From: Macrostomum lignano
Taxonomy: Eukaryota
Direction of reading: 5' to 3'
Assembly: GCA_002269645.1 (NCBI GenBank)
Contig: NIVC01001818.1
Span: 6,459 to 70,458 of the forward strand
DNA length: 64,000 bases
Part shown: positions 30,666-51,824 of the stretch, one piece after another
How positions within the stretch are numbered: position 1 is the first letter of the stretch
How the letters are laid out: every line of letters begins with the position of its first letter
The notes under the pieces: model-generated
Told to the model about the DNA's origin: nothing
Database searches by the model: none
The model's input: the letters and a program-made list of their open reading frames with translations, nothing else
Program-made: the position numbers and the translations under genes

Positions 30666-33266
30666 CCCAGTGAAAAATGATTTATGGATTCCACGTGGGT
30701 TCCACGTGGCCATGTGGAATTTAAATGTTTCTTTAATTTTTGCAAATTAATGACTTAAAGATGACATAATGGTATGCAAAGTATTTTTTATGCATTATTT
30801 TTTTATTTTTACTGTCCTAATGTTGATGTGGATTTTACAAGGAATTCAAGAGAAATAAGCGTATATTGATTCAACATGGAATCCACTTCGATAAAAAACT
30901 GTGATACACCACATTCAGACGTTTTTATGAAATTACTATAATAAATTATTATATTTATATGCTTTTAAGTAAAAATTAATATCTTAAAGCTAAATTATAA
31001 TCAGAAAGTATAATCAGACAATAAGACACTGTTTGTTAAAATAGACAAAATAGAAGTAAACAATAAAAAACGTTTCGTGCTTTTTAAAATGAAATTAATT
31101 TTATTTTATATTCGTCAATGTCTTGGTTCAAGGCCTTGAAACATAAATTGCCTTGTTTATGGCTATTTAAGCACCTTAAAAATTTTAGTAGACCTAGCCT
31201 ATAGGCAATAACTTATAAGGCCATGGCCTCCATGGGATTAGAAATTAGATAAATCAGTATTTTATCATAGATAGGCCTAATACTTTTGGTAAAATCCATG
31301 ATAAATTTATTTAGGCTTATCCAATTTCTAGGAATCCCATGGCCATGTCCATAGATTGTCTACTCATTTTTTAACTTGAATAGGCCTTTAGAAGTTCATA
31401 ATTTCCTCTTAGTCCTACCTATCTATTTATATGTATGCTCATTAGGCCTATTTTAAGCTAGGCCTATAACTATCAATTTAGCCTAAAATTTAGGTCCTTC
31501 TATTTTAATTAAGGTTAGGACTAGCTTGACTTTGTGAATTGTGACTAGTCAATCTAGTTAATCTGTTAAAAATCTATTAATTTATGATTTTCTTCAAAAA
31601 AGCCTATTAGCATCTTTTGGACTTGTTGCATTTTTTAAAAACAATTTTTCTCTAATCAATTGCATACAAACAAGCAAGATTTTCATTTTTAGTATATGGA
31701 TATTATTAATTATAATAAATAATTCTTTGCAATTACACTTGCAACTTGCTTTTGGCATAGCTAGCCTAGCAGACCCCTAAGGTTGCTATTATAAATAAGT
31801 ATTAAATTATTGTAAATTTGATCTGATTTAGGCCAAGACCAGAATTTAATAGCCATAGGGCATAGCTATTTAGGCTTAGGCCGCTTAGGCCTAATGTTTA
31901 ATCATACTAGGCTAGCAAATATAAAAAACATGCATTGCTTTGCCTAAATACTTTATAGTCTAAAATCAATTTTAAAATAAAAAATTAAATTTATAGAAAC
32001 ATTTATTAATTCTTTTTGTACTTATTATTTTATTGGTAATTTTATTGATTGACTTAGGTAGAGTTTTCTTTTTTGCTAGAGACAAGGTGCAAAATCATAC
32101 CCTATGCTTACTTTCAGGGTTTTATAATTTTAAGGCTTAGAATGCAGTTTCTCTTTTTTCTTATATGAAGGCAGTGCAAAAAAGGCTTCAACAAAAAAAT
32201 AGGTAATGAGATCACGCCTAAACTGTATCCACTTTTTATTTTCAATTTTCAAGGTGGGATTTTAAAATTTAGGGTGCATATGCATACTTTGCGCATAAAA
32301 AATAAACCTAGGACTTAGGCCTAGTTAATTTTAAAATAAACTTTTTTTATAAGTATTCATCAATAAATTAGTTTTATGAATTATATCAATATTATTTATC
32401 AATCCTAATTGGCAACAATTATTTTTCTATTTTATTTCAGCCTAACATTACATGGCCCATCCTCAAACTTGGATGTCACCTTGGTCTTGCATTTGAAGAA
32501 GCTTGCAAAGCTACTTGGAATTTGAATTTAATATCTCAAATGCTACCTTTTGTGAAGCAATGGTAAGTTTTAGTTATAAACTGATTTTTTTCTGTCATCA
32601 AAATCTATCAAAATCTATTATAAAATCTGTCATCAATCTGTTATAAAATTCTGTAATTTAAACCCTTTCTTTTCTAAGGTTGCTCACCTGACCTAAAGAA
32701 GCAGCATTCTGGCAATTGGCAGCAGCATGTTTTTGACTGTTCTAATTCTGATACATTATATTATTGTTAATTAATTAATGCTATTGACAATGTCAATTTC
32801 AAATTATATATTATATCATATGCGCAGTGCAACTCTAAAGATATCAATATTTACATCAGTGTGTTTATTCTTTGTGTGCCAATGACTCACTACTGTACAT
32901 AAATACACCTTACATCGTTTTTAAATATTGAATTTTGAATTTTTGTGCAGAAATATTTTTGGCTATAGCTAGTGTTTTATCTGTGTTTCAGTTTCTTTTA
33001 TATGGTATTGAGATCTGGGGTTCGTATGAAATTTTGAGATCTGGTATTATTTTGAGATTTAGGATGCAACAATTTATTATGGCAACCAGTATAATGGCTG
33101 CTTACTCAATGACAATGTGGATTCTATGTGAAATACATAATTACTTCCATATGGATCTTCCATGTGGAATCCATATCTTGATTCCACATGGATGGACGGA
33201 GACAAATGCACATATGGATTTCATATGAAAAATCCACATGGAATCCATATCATTTTTTTCACTGGG
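30666..33266. mobile_element. Non-autonomous CMC/EnSpm-like DNA transposon (2.6 kb)
   Basis: ~33-bp imperfect TIR CCCAGTGAAAAATGATTTATGGATTCCACGTGG vs reverse complement of the right end CCCAGTGAAAAAAATGATATGGATTCCATGTGG. 2-bp TSD AT. Subterminal CCAC(G/A)TGG / CCATATGG repeats and an AT-rich interior. Superfamily inferred from CCC..GGG ends plus 2-bp TSD. Confidence 0.7.
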
Positions 33267-33456
33267 ATCCCTACTATACTACTGACGTATTTTCCAGTAA
33301 GTAGTGTCTACGCGTTTTTTAAATATGATTACGATTAGTTAGGCCGAGACCAGATTTTTGCCCATGTGTTCGTAAAGCATTGAAGCTAACTGCTGGTTTT
33401 AAGAGTGCAGTGACAGAAGAGTGCATGTACAGAAGGCTAGTCAATGAAACTGGTCT

Positions 33457-41978
<8,522 letters not shown>

Positions 41979-44900
41979 TCTAAACGATATTAAAATAAAC
42001 ACGACTCTATTTTGGGCTCTATTATAGCAATTATAGAAGCCTTGATGACGGCTGCCACTCTGCCTGAGTCGCGAGAGTATTCCAGCAAATCTGCTTCAGC
42101 CTTCAAACTTAGTCGGCCTGGGGTTCCAGATTCTATACATACAAGACAGGAAATAGAAGGCAAACAGTGAAGTTATTACGCAACCGTGTACGGGCGAGGA
42201 CCCTTCGAACCGTGTCCAATATACTGAAGCAGAACCGAGTCTGTGATGAATAAACTTTGTTCTTATTCGCTCCAGGTAACGACAGCTTCTAGACCGTCCT
42301 CACCTAGCCAGGTCTTCACTCCCTTGTTAAATTGCAGTCTTCTTCTTTTGCGTAGCCTTTTATGCTCTGTTCAGGTATATTATATAGGTATTGAGCTGGC
42401 GCACACACTGCGTATTTAGTAGGTGCTGTGTTGAAAGGCCTCTGTCCCGTCAGTGTACAGTGCTGCCGCTTTGCGCTGAGGTGGGCCCGCACTCTCGAGA
42501 GTGAGGGGGGGGGGGGTTGAAGTTGCAGAAGCAGCAAGCCAATTTTTATCCTTACTTTTTCTTTAGTAAGCTAAAGCTGTTGGCAGTCAGTCAGAAAGTC
42601 TGTCTGTAGCAATGCATTGGCCTAACAACAAAATTTTTAAGTTTAATAGATAATTATGAGCTTGCGAAACCTCACTTACTAAGCCTAGGTGGTAACGCAG
42701 TCTCACGCGCAAGGAAACTATTAGAAGCCAGTTGTTATAATATCGCTCTCTTAAAGCTCTTTCTCTCCGACAGACTATAGCTCACCACTGAATGTGTGTC
42801 GCTATTGCGAGAGGACACTGTTCACTGGTTGGATTGCGGCCTTCCAATCCCCTGTGCTCTGCTCTCTCGTATACGCTTTCATTCTAGAGTTTCTTTGCCA
42901 ACACTCTAACCCCCGTTCATTCTCTCCCCCCTCCCTCCCGTCTACGTTCCCCTCTCTTTGGGGGGAAGAGTCTTCTATTGTTTTTTCCAGTGCGTACACT
43001 GGGAGTTGAAATGTCTAAACGCCCGTTTGTGTACACGCCGAGTCTTGATGAGTAGACGACAGCGAACGGGAGGGGAAGAGAGGTGAAAAGGGTGAGAGGG
43101 AGAGAGAAAGAGCAGGTGGGGAAGAGGATTCCCAGTTTTTTGGGGGGAGCAGAGCAAAGACGAGAGGGAACGAGGGGCGTTTCCTATGGCCTGACCATAG
43201 CCAACACTGCTGCTCCTGTCCGCCTGTCGTCTGTCTGAGCTCCAGCCCAGCCTAATTTCAATCTTCTTCAGTTCTTTTCCTCTCTCGTCTCTCCACTCCA
43301 TGGCTTTATTATTCTCGCCGTCGATATCCATGGTGGCAATACCTGGCTAGCCAAGGTATAGAGAGACGCCCTATATACACCTGTGTACGCCTAGCAGGGA
43401 GAAAGAAATTGGAGATCGGGACGTGCTTTGAGGAAGACAGAGCGGGAAATGAAGGGGGTTGTATTAGGAAAAGCGCTTAGGTCGAGGCAGAGGACGTACG
43501 ATTGAGAATACATGTACGCGCGTACAGGATTGTCTGCACATACGCGCGTTATGGTGGGATGGGGATGCTGAGACTGGGATGACCTGTCCCTGTGGAGAGT
43601 TTTAGAAAGAGTTTTGTAGAGCCGCGTGTGATGATGCATTCTGTACAGCTGTTGCAGGATGACTATAATTGATGCCATTAGCCATATAGGTGAGTAAAGT
43701 GAGTTTTGAGCAAGGTGAATTTAATATTCCGTCTGCATTATTGTTTCTTTGAACAAATTCAGAAGCGTACAAAATTTGCGCAATTTCTTTATGAAAATAA
43801 AACTACACCATCGGCCAATATACAGCTGTAGGCCTTGGAGTTTCGGGAGATGAAGTTAATACAAGCCGTATTTGTATCAAAAACTGTCTGAAATCAAAAT
43901 CGAAATGTGGGCAAACAGCTTTCTTTTTCTGCGGTGCGATGCAGAGTGCGCAATCAATGCTTCTTGCTGAATAAGGTGCTTTAATTAAAAAAAGCAAAAA
44001 ATAAAGTAGTCTTTCTTTAATAGTAAGATAGGGTCGCGCTGCACAGATTGCATGGGTGATCGAAAACAAATTATAGTGAGAAAAAGCGATCGATTTTAAA
44101 TTTTCGAGACTTCACATCGTCCAGAATATTAAGTTGTGATGACTCATTGATGACTCATACCTTACAACCCCACTTCTTTTAATCCCCAATTCCGACCTTT
44201 CTTTATTTTTCAGCAAAAAAATCAATGCGTATAACACAATGCGTAACAATTTTAACCCCATTTGCATCTCTGTAAGTTGTAAGCTTCTTAATTGTCTCGT
44301 GACTTGTTGCGCAACCCCATATTTTTCTAGCCAATCAGAGAGTCTGAAAGGCTGGAGTGTTTTGAATCAAAATTTTGAGCCCTTCTGGTATAGGTTGGCT
44401 GGTCGATTATTTAATTTTTATAATTATCTGCCGACAGATAAATACCGGCGGGAGATCGAGAATAGCCGCAGGCTAGTAGTTACAAGTACATGTAAAGTGC
44501 ATGAGTTTTGCAAGCAAGGTAAATGTATACACACGTGTATATACGTTGGGGCTGTTTGTTTGAGCTTCTCCGTCACTATAGCAGGCCTCTGCAGTGACGT
44601 CGTCACTTAATTTCGGTTCCTTGCATGTACATGTAGATCAAAGGCTAGCTGCGCGGTTGTTTACAAAGCATATCTTGACTCTTAATTACATGTAAGCGAT
44701 TAACTAGAACCGCTGTCCTCATCACAGTGTTACATTTTATTTAATTGTCCTTCAGATTACCACGATTAAGTTCTCTGAATAAAATTTGGACCATTTTACT
44801 TTTGGCTTTCTGCAGTAACGATGGAGTTGCCATGCAATCAATGGTCCAAATGCCTGTACATGTATAGTGCTAATAAAACTACTTACTTCCGGGGTATTAA

Positions 44901-45743
44901 AAGGCACACTCCAAAGGCTGTAAAGTCGATGGAAAGTGTCGACGAAGTGCTTAGCAGAGATTACTGCAAGGGGCGGGTTCTCTCTGATGGAGATTTCAAG
45001 AATTGCGCGCACCCGGGGTTTTCCAAGGACGAACAGAAGAACGGAAAAGGCTCAGGATCTTATTTTAGGAAGAGGGAAGTAGAAATAGTCCTCAATTGTG
45101 TGCTTATTTTGTGCAAGACAAAGACAAAACGACTTGTCTACCTAAAAACACAAATTTTCAGCATAAAGAACATAAATTTTAGATGTTTCACTAAATATAA
45201 AATGAAAAGTAAACTGCATGCATGCATTTTACACTTACTTAACGGCAAAAGCTAAATTTGTTATAAATAATTTCCAAATTTCCGGCTTGACCATTCTATA
45301 CAAGTGTAAAATTTAAACGCGACATTTAATTACATTTTTTCTCCTTATTTGTCCTAACACAGTATAGTATTGCTGACAGGCGGACGTGCATTGAAACCAA
45401 TTAAACAGTTCGCTGTCACTCCTTTCGCGAACATTCGGAACATCCAATCAGGCTTCCACTCTTGTTAAAATTAAAATATACTATTGTAATCGTTCACTTA
45501 ACAGTTAACTCGCTCGGTAGGCCTAGGCCCACTAAGTCTAAACTAACATCCTATTCCGAAACTATGACTAGGCCTATTATTTAGGGCGTAGTTTTTCTAT
45601 AGCAATGTGTAGTTTTTTGTCGGTGTTTACTTGTTAAAATCTAGTTTATGTCAATTGGACAAAATTGATTAATTAAGGCCATATTTATGTCTCATAGGGG
45701 GCCTATTCATATTGTACTTTGCAAGTTTTGCTTTGTTCAACTT

Positions 45744-45862
45744 TTGGCAATCCTGAAGATTCCCGCGTTTAATTATAACCCCACCCCCCCCCCACCACCC
45801 TTGAATAGAGGGCGAAATAATTCTGTAAAATAATTAAATGTGGGAATCTTCAGGATTGCCCA
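45744..45862. repeat. Short inverted repeat (~32-bp arms) around a C-rich spacer
   Basis: TTGGCAATCCTGAAGATTCCCGCGTTTAATTAT / ATAATTAAATGTGGGAATCTTCAGGATTGCCAA. Confidence 0.7.
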
Positions 45863-46102
45863 ACTTTTTGGTGTATATTTCTATTGTTATGATACTTAAC
45901 CTAAGTTTTATTGTTCTATTTTTTAAATTATGTTCAAGCATAAAAGTAAAACCTCTAGCCAAGGTATAAACTGCATCAAATGCCCCTTTTTCCTAAAGAC
46001 TAGGCCTACATAATACCAGGCCCAGAGTGCCATGCCACTATGTAGTTTTTTTCACTAAATTATTTTTTATTGAAGTTTGCTCAACTAAAAAAAATAATTT
46101 TT

Positions 46103-46492
46103 TGAAGAGCTTGCATGCACGGCAGCCATTCACGTAAGCTCAGAATTGCGTGCATGGCGGCTATCTACCTAGTGCTTTATTTGCATGTATGCAGCCATAC
46201 ACCTAGTGTTGTAATTGCGTGCACGGCAGCCGGCAATTGGCCAGGACTGGGGCCCTTAAATCCACGCATTGGCATTGGCAAACCTAATTAATATTTTTAC
46301 TATATTGTTTTATAATGTTTTATCCCCCGTACACCATGGACTGCAAATGTAATCTTAATTCATTGTTTTTTTGTTAACTTGAATATTAATTCGAATAGTA
46401 TATGACTTACTGTATAAGCCTATAAGATATAGCTCTGCCGTGCACGCAATTCTGAGCTTGCGTGAACGGCGGCCGTGCACGCAAGCTCTTCG
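46103..46492. mobile_element. Mutator-like MITE, copy 1
   Basis: ~55-bp TIRs (GAAGAGCTTGC.TGCACGGC...). 9-bp TSD ATAATTTTT/TTAATTTTT (8/9). Confidence 0.75.
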
Positions 46493-46588
46493 TTAATTTT
46501 TTTCTTACTCCTGGGAGTACAAAAATTGTAACATATAAAACATTTGTTGGTTTGTTTATAACACTTAATATAGGGGCCTAATTATAAA

Positions 46589-46980
46589 CGAAGAGCTTGC
46601 GTGCACGGCCGCCGTTCACGTAAGCTCAGAATTGTGTGCACAGCAGAGCTATATCTTATAGGCTTATACAGTAAGTCATATACTATTCGAATTAATATTC
46701 AAGCTAAAAAAAACAATGAATTAAGATTACATTTTCAGTCCATGGTGTACGGGGGATAAAACATTATAAAACAATATAGTAAAAATATTTTTTAATTAGG
46801 TTTGCCAATGCCAATGCGTGGATTTAAGGGCCCCAGTCCCGGCCAATTGCCGGCTGCCGTGCACGCAATTACAACACTAGGTGTACGGCTGCATACATGC
46901 AAATAAAGCACTAGGTAGATAGCCGCCGTGCACGCAATTCTGAGCTTACGTGAACGGCTGCCGTGCACGCAAGCTCTTCG
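46589..46980. mobile_element. Mutator-like MITE, copy 2 (inverted relative to copy 1)
   Basis: CGAAGAGC...GCTCTTCG termini. Perfect 9-bp TSD AATTATAAA (46580-46588, 46981-46989). Near-identical to the reverse complement of copy 1. Confidence 0.85.
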
Positions 46981-49900
46981 AATTATAAACCAGAGTTTGT
47001 AGCTTAGTGTATCTGTATGTATAGTGTATAGTTATGGTCATGGATCAATTGTTGGCCTAGTTGGATGTCTAGCCATTTTCGGTTGAAGTGGTAAAATATA
47101 CTTATAAGAATTATACTTAAAAAATAGATTTGGTAAAAAATGCTTTTTGTTATTCCTCTTTCCTTATTTAGCAATTATTAGATACCACCCCTTTGGACCA
47201 TATATAACTCACAAGGGTATAGGACTGAGATTGCTACATACCAAGACCATCACACTTGAGCCATAGTCAAGATGATGTACACTATGCCGGAAATTTCTGG
47301 CATACAATTGAAAATTTTACTTTTTTTGGCATACAATTGGTGTAAAAAATCCAGGATGGAATTCTTGTATTTCTTAAGTCAAACAGAATTATGCAATTTT
47401 TTTATGGTGCGCAAAATATTTTTTATTGGTCGCATTTTTTATTTTGGTACTTAGCACGTCGCAAAATAACAAAATAACAAAATAACAAAAGACAATAACA
47501 AAAAATGCATTCTAAGAAAATGCTGTGATTTGAATTTTCATCCAAATATGTATGTTAGAGAATGTTACGAGTTTCTACTTTTTATAGAATTTTTTTTCGA
47601 ATTTTTACTTTTGTGCCTTATTTAGTTTTTAGTTTTTATTCTTTTTTTCTTCGTGATCTTAGCTAGTAGGATTATCTTTTGCAAAATCCAATATCTCAAG
47701 CGCATTTTTGCATATATTAGGAATTAGAAATTTTGTCTGAAATTCTGCGACGCATTTTTCCAGATTTTTTGACACAAAATTGCATTTTTTTCGCTTAATC
47801 GCATAATGCGTTGTGATTTTTCTGCAAGAATTCCATCCAGGTAAAAAATGAGGCAAAATATATTTGGCGTACTAACCGTACTTTTTGGTGTGACACCATG
47901 GCATAAATATGCCAAGCAGCATATGCCAACTCCAACCTTTATGCCAAAGTTAATATTAACAATTGTTGGCATAATGCCATAACCTTAGAATCTTATTATA
48001 AAATCATAAAAACGATAAAACTCGTAAAATGAAAGTTCATAACTATTCGTGATTTATAAAAATTTATAATTCCACGCAAACTAATCGTGTTAATTTTCTA
48101 AAAAAACAAACAAAAAATTGATTTTTGTTGGCATTTTCTGTAAGCCAATTTACTTTAAATGAAAACCACACATTTGTTAAATTTTTATTGTTAAAAAATG
48201 TGTAACACACAAAAAAGGTCTTTTATTGGTGCAAAGCCTAGAAAACCTAGCGTAAGTACCTAGGGCCTTGGCACACATTTCAGTATGAAGTGGCGTAGAT
48301 TTTTTTAGGGGACTTTTTATTCCAGGATATACCATGACATGATCCTATGGCACTTGAGGAGCTAGAAGAGGAATTTCGCTGAATGTGTTATTAGATGGTG
48401 CTAAACAGGATGAGTGGGTAAGAAGGCCAGTAGTACAAGCCTGCAAGAGAGGAACCTATGAGAGGAATAGCAATGCTAGAAGATTGGTAGCTCTCTCAAT
48501 ACTAGTAGCCAATAATAGCTATGGCAATCTTGGTGTGGCCGTCTTAGTCATGTACCCTCACAAGGTAGACTTTATTGTTATATATATATCATACAAATCA
48601 GCAATTTAAATTCTTGGCACTGCTACAAATCAAATTCAAATGAAAAATAATTTCATAAAATATTGCCAACAGACTTAACCATGAAGTCAAATAATGAAGT
48701 CAAATATTGGCATAAATTCGAAAGAAAAATAATTTTTCAAACAAAACTGCACTAATGCCAATGATACTAGCATGTTGCATTACCCGTGTGTGACTACCAA
48801 AGGCTAAGCCAAAGGGCAAAGGCTAATCCTATGTTAGATATCAGCAATAATGGTCATTGGCTATAATAGGACATAAACTTTATTAGTCAAAGTATTTCGT
48901 AATGTAAAATGGAAACTAGTTATTTCACTGATAGTCATTTTGATAATAAGCTATTTTGGTAACATCCATTTTGGTAATAGGTTACTAGTTATAAGTTATA
49001 TGTTATAAGGCCAAATGTATATATGGAATACTATACATCCATTATTTATAAGTTTTTTGTTTTTATGATAATTCAATGTTAAAGAATTTTTATTAATAGT
49101 TATTATCCTTTTGAAATATCTTTTAATTTGTTATATATATATATTGTATAAACAATGAGTAGTTTATTTCCTAACTTTTTTCCATGTTTATTTTCCAGAT
49201 TTTACCTATCTTATTGATAGCTATTAGGCCTAACTATTTGTCATTTTTAGTTTTTAATTGAGATTTGATCTTAAGATTTTATTTTATGCATATTTCAATT
49301 TGTTGATTAAAATTTGATCATAAAGTTATTTAGTGCATGTGCCATTCACTTGATATATAGAATTGTAATTTGTATCCAATTTATCCAATTGATGCAATAA
49401 AAGTTTTGTGCTTTAATATCTATAAATTTTTTAATCACCTTTAAAAACAAAAAAATATGAATAATTATGAGATAATAGATAGTAAAGTCAATGCTTTATA
49501 TATACACATGTATATATTTAGCACTAAAGTGACTGTTACCAAGCTGCCATAGTCTAGATCATGCTAGGTGCATACTTAAACAAAAATAGAATAATTACAA
49601 ATACATGCCAAAAAATTTAGAGTGCATATTTATACTCAAATCTATGCCAATATTGCCAAAATAAATGATCTTTTTATGTTACCACAATAAATGACCTTTT
49701 TAGGTTGCATAATAGACCCTTTTTGGCTAATAACTTGATTTATTTTTTGCTTTTTTTGCCTATAGATATTATTTATAACAAAAAATCAAAACACACAAAA
49801 ATATGTTTAAATGCCTTATTCTAAGCTTAAAAAACCTAGAAAGCTTGAAATTTATGCTTTAAAATGAATTTCTTTCGTGTTTTTCTATTTAATACTCTAA

Positions 49901-51824
49901 TTGTGATTCTATAAGCTGCATACCAAATGTGCATGCATACTATTTTCTTAGGAGTGATACATGCCAATTATGCACATATACTTTTGGCATCCAAGGCTAA
50001 TGCATGCCTAGATTTTTGGGCATATACTAAATGATCTGGAGTATGGCCAAACTGATTGTTACCTAAGTAACTGTAATTCTATAAAACTGCTTTGGGTTTT
50101 GGTGTGTAGTATAAACAAAAATGTTTTAGTATTTTTAGGCATAGGCTATATTATCTTTCTAGCTGTAAGTTTCTTGCCAGTTTTTCTATTTCTATTTTTT
50201 ATTTCTTTTTGTATAAATACAATATAGTCATTTTAATTGGGTCTTTATGCCTGTATCTTAAGTAAATACATTATTTATATATGGGCTATAGATAAGGGTT
50301 GGACAATATCACATTTTTAAAGATTTTTTAAGACTTAAGATCTATGCTTTTAAGATAATTGGGATTTAACTGAGATCAAGTGTAATCAAGTGTAAGCAAG
50401 TATTGCAGTGCTCTTGGAATAACTTGATCATTTTCAAAGATATTATACTTAACTTGCCTAGTTTTGCCAAAAATTGTCAAGTTTTGTTGAGTAGTTAAAT
50501 TTTACATATGTACATAAATATTGCATTTATTAAATACATTTCCAAGATCATTGCAATCTGCAACTATGCCAAATTGATATGTTTTTTAAGTTTGAAGTTT
50601 TTCTGAGTTCCTAAAATATGTTCATTTAAATAAATCAATAACTAACTTAAGCCAAGAGAGACACAAATATAAATGTGCAACCTTGGCAACCACCTAGCTG
50701 TTTCCATTGGCAACACACATGTAAATCATTATTGGCTAAAACCTTTGGCTAAAAGAGCATTTGATTAATAGTTGCTATTGGCTAATAGAAGAATTAATTG
50801 CTATTCTCTTTAATAGTGACTTACATGTGTGTGTTGCCAATAGAAATGGTTAGGTGAATCCCTAGGTTGTGCCTAAGCATGGATACAGAGAGGACTCTTA
50901 TCCACCCAATATGAGAGACAGAAGCTAAGACATGCAATGCAACAAGTTAAACAAAATGTAATTAAAAAGCAATATTTCATTCTAAAAGTATTACTTTGGA
51001 ATCCACAATTCCTAGAAAGATAAACAACATGAAAAATATAAATTTTAATGCAAAAATATGACAAATAGACTGAGCACAAGGTTGAGGTTTGAAATTCACT
51101 AACTACCAAATTTTAATTTTATTTAACTATTCAACAAAGCTTGACTAAAAAGATTGGCCTAACCCCTCAGTTTGATCAAGTACTCAACTTAAAGTTAGAT
51201 TTAAAAGTAACTATTTAGTATAATAGATATTAACTGTGCTTTTTATAATAACTTTATTGCGTGAACTTGTTTTTTTCTGTTTTTTAAAAATACAAAAGGC
51301 CCTATTTTTGAATTTTAAAATTTAATAAGCATTATTTATTTAAAAATCAAATATTTCATTAGTGTGCCATGTGTATTTATATGCTTTTTTGCAAAAAATA
51401 TTTTTAAATGTATATTAGCATTTTGAAAGTATATTGGCAGGTCAGATGACCTTATGAAAGTTTGTATTATTTCATAAGATCAATCTATTTTGCCCCCAAT
51501 AATATGAATTAATATTAGAGCTAAGATTATTTGTTTATAATTATTTATCAAAACTTGAAAATAATTTAAATTGTGATGCTTATTTTTGTTGTTTATCAGA
51601 TTAAAAGTCTGATTTTGTTGATTAGGTGTCTATATATAAGTCTAAAAGTAAAAAAATTCAAAAGTTATTTTTCCAAAGTCTGTATCAAGTTCAAGAAATA
51701 ACATAAATAAGCTGCAATTGGGGTCGATTCTTCATTTATTGTCCACAAATAAAACAATGACTGTTGACTTTCTATTGCATAACAAAAGGCTACTTTGTTT
51801 CCATTCATGCTAGTTATACAAGCC

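Noticed and set aside
42975-43331. Minus-strand ORF with a good Kozak context (GCCACCATGG) as the start of the Ig receptor
   Set aside because: It has no signal peptide and no phase-compatible donor. The 41978-41885 exon fits far better.
44752-45255. Overlapping ORFs with a faint THAP-like look (AVISAKHF) and a donor at ~44885
   Set aside because: The key THAP Cys/Trp residues are absent, and no partner exons were found.
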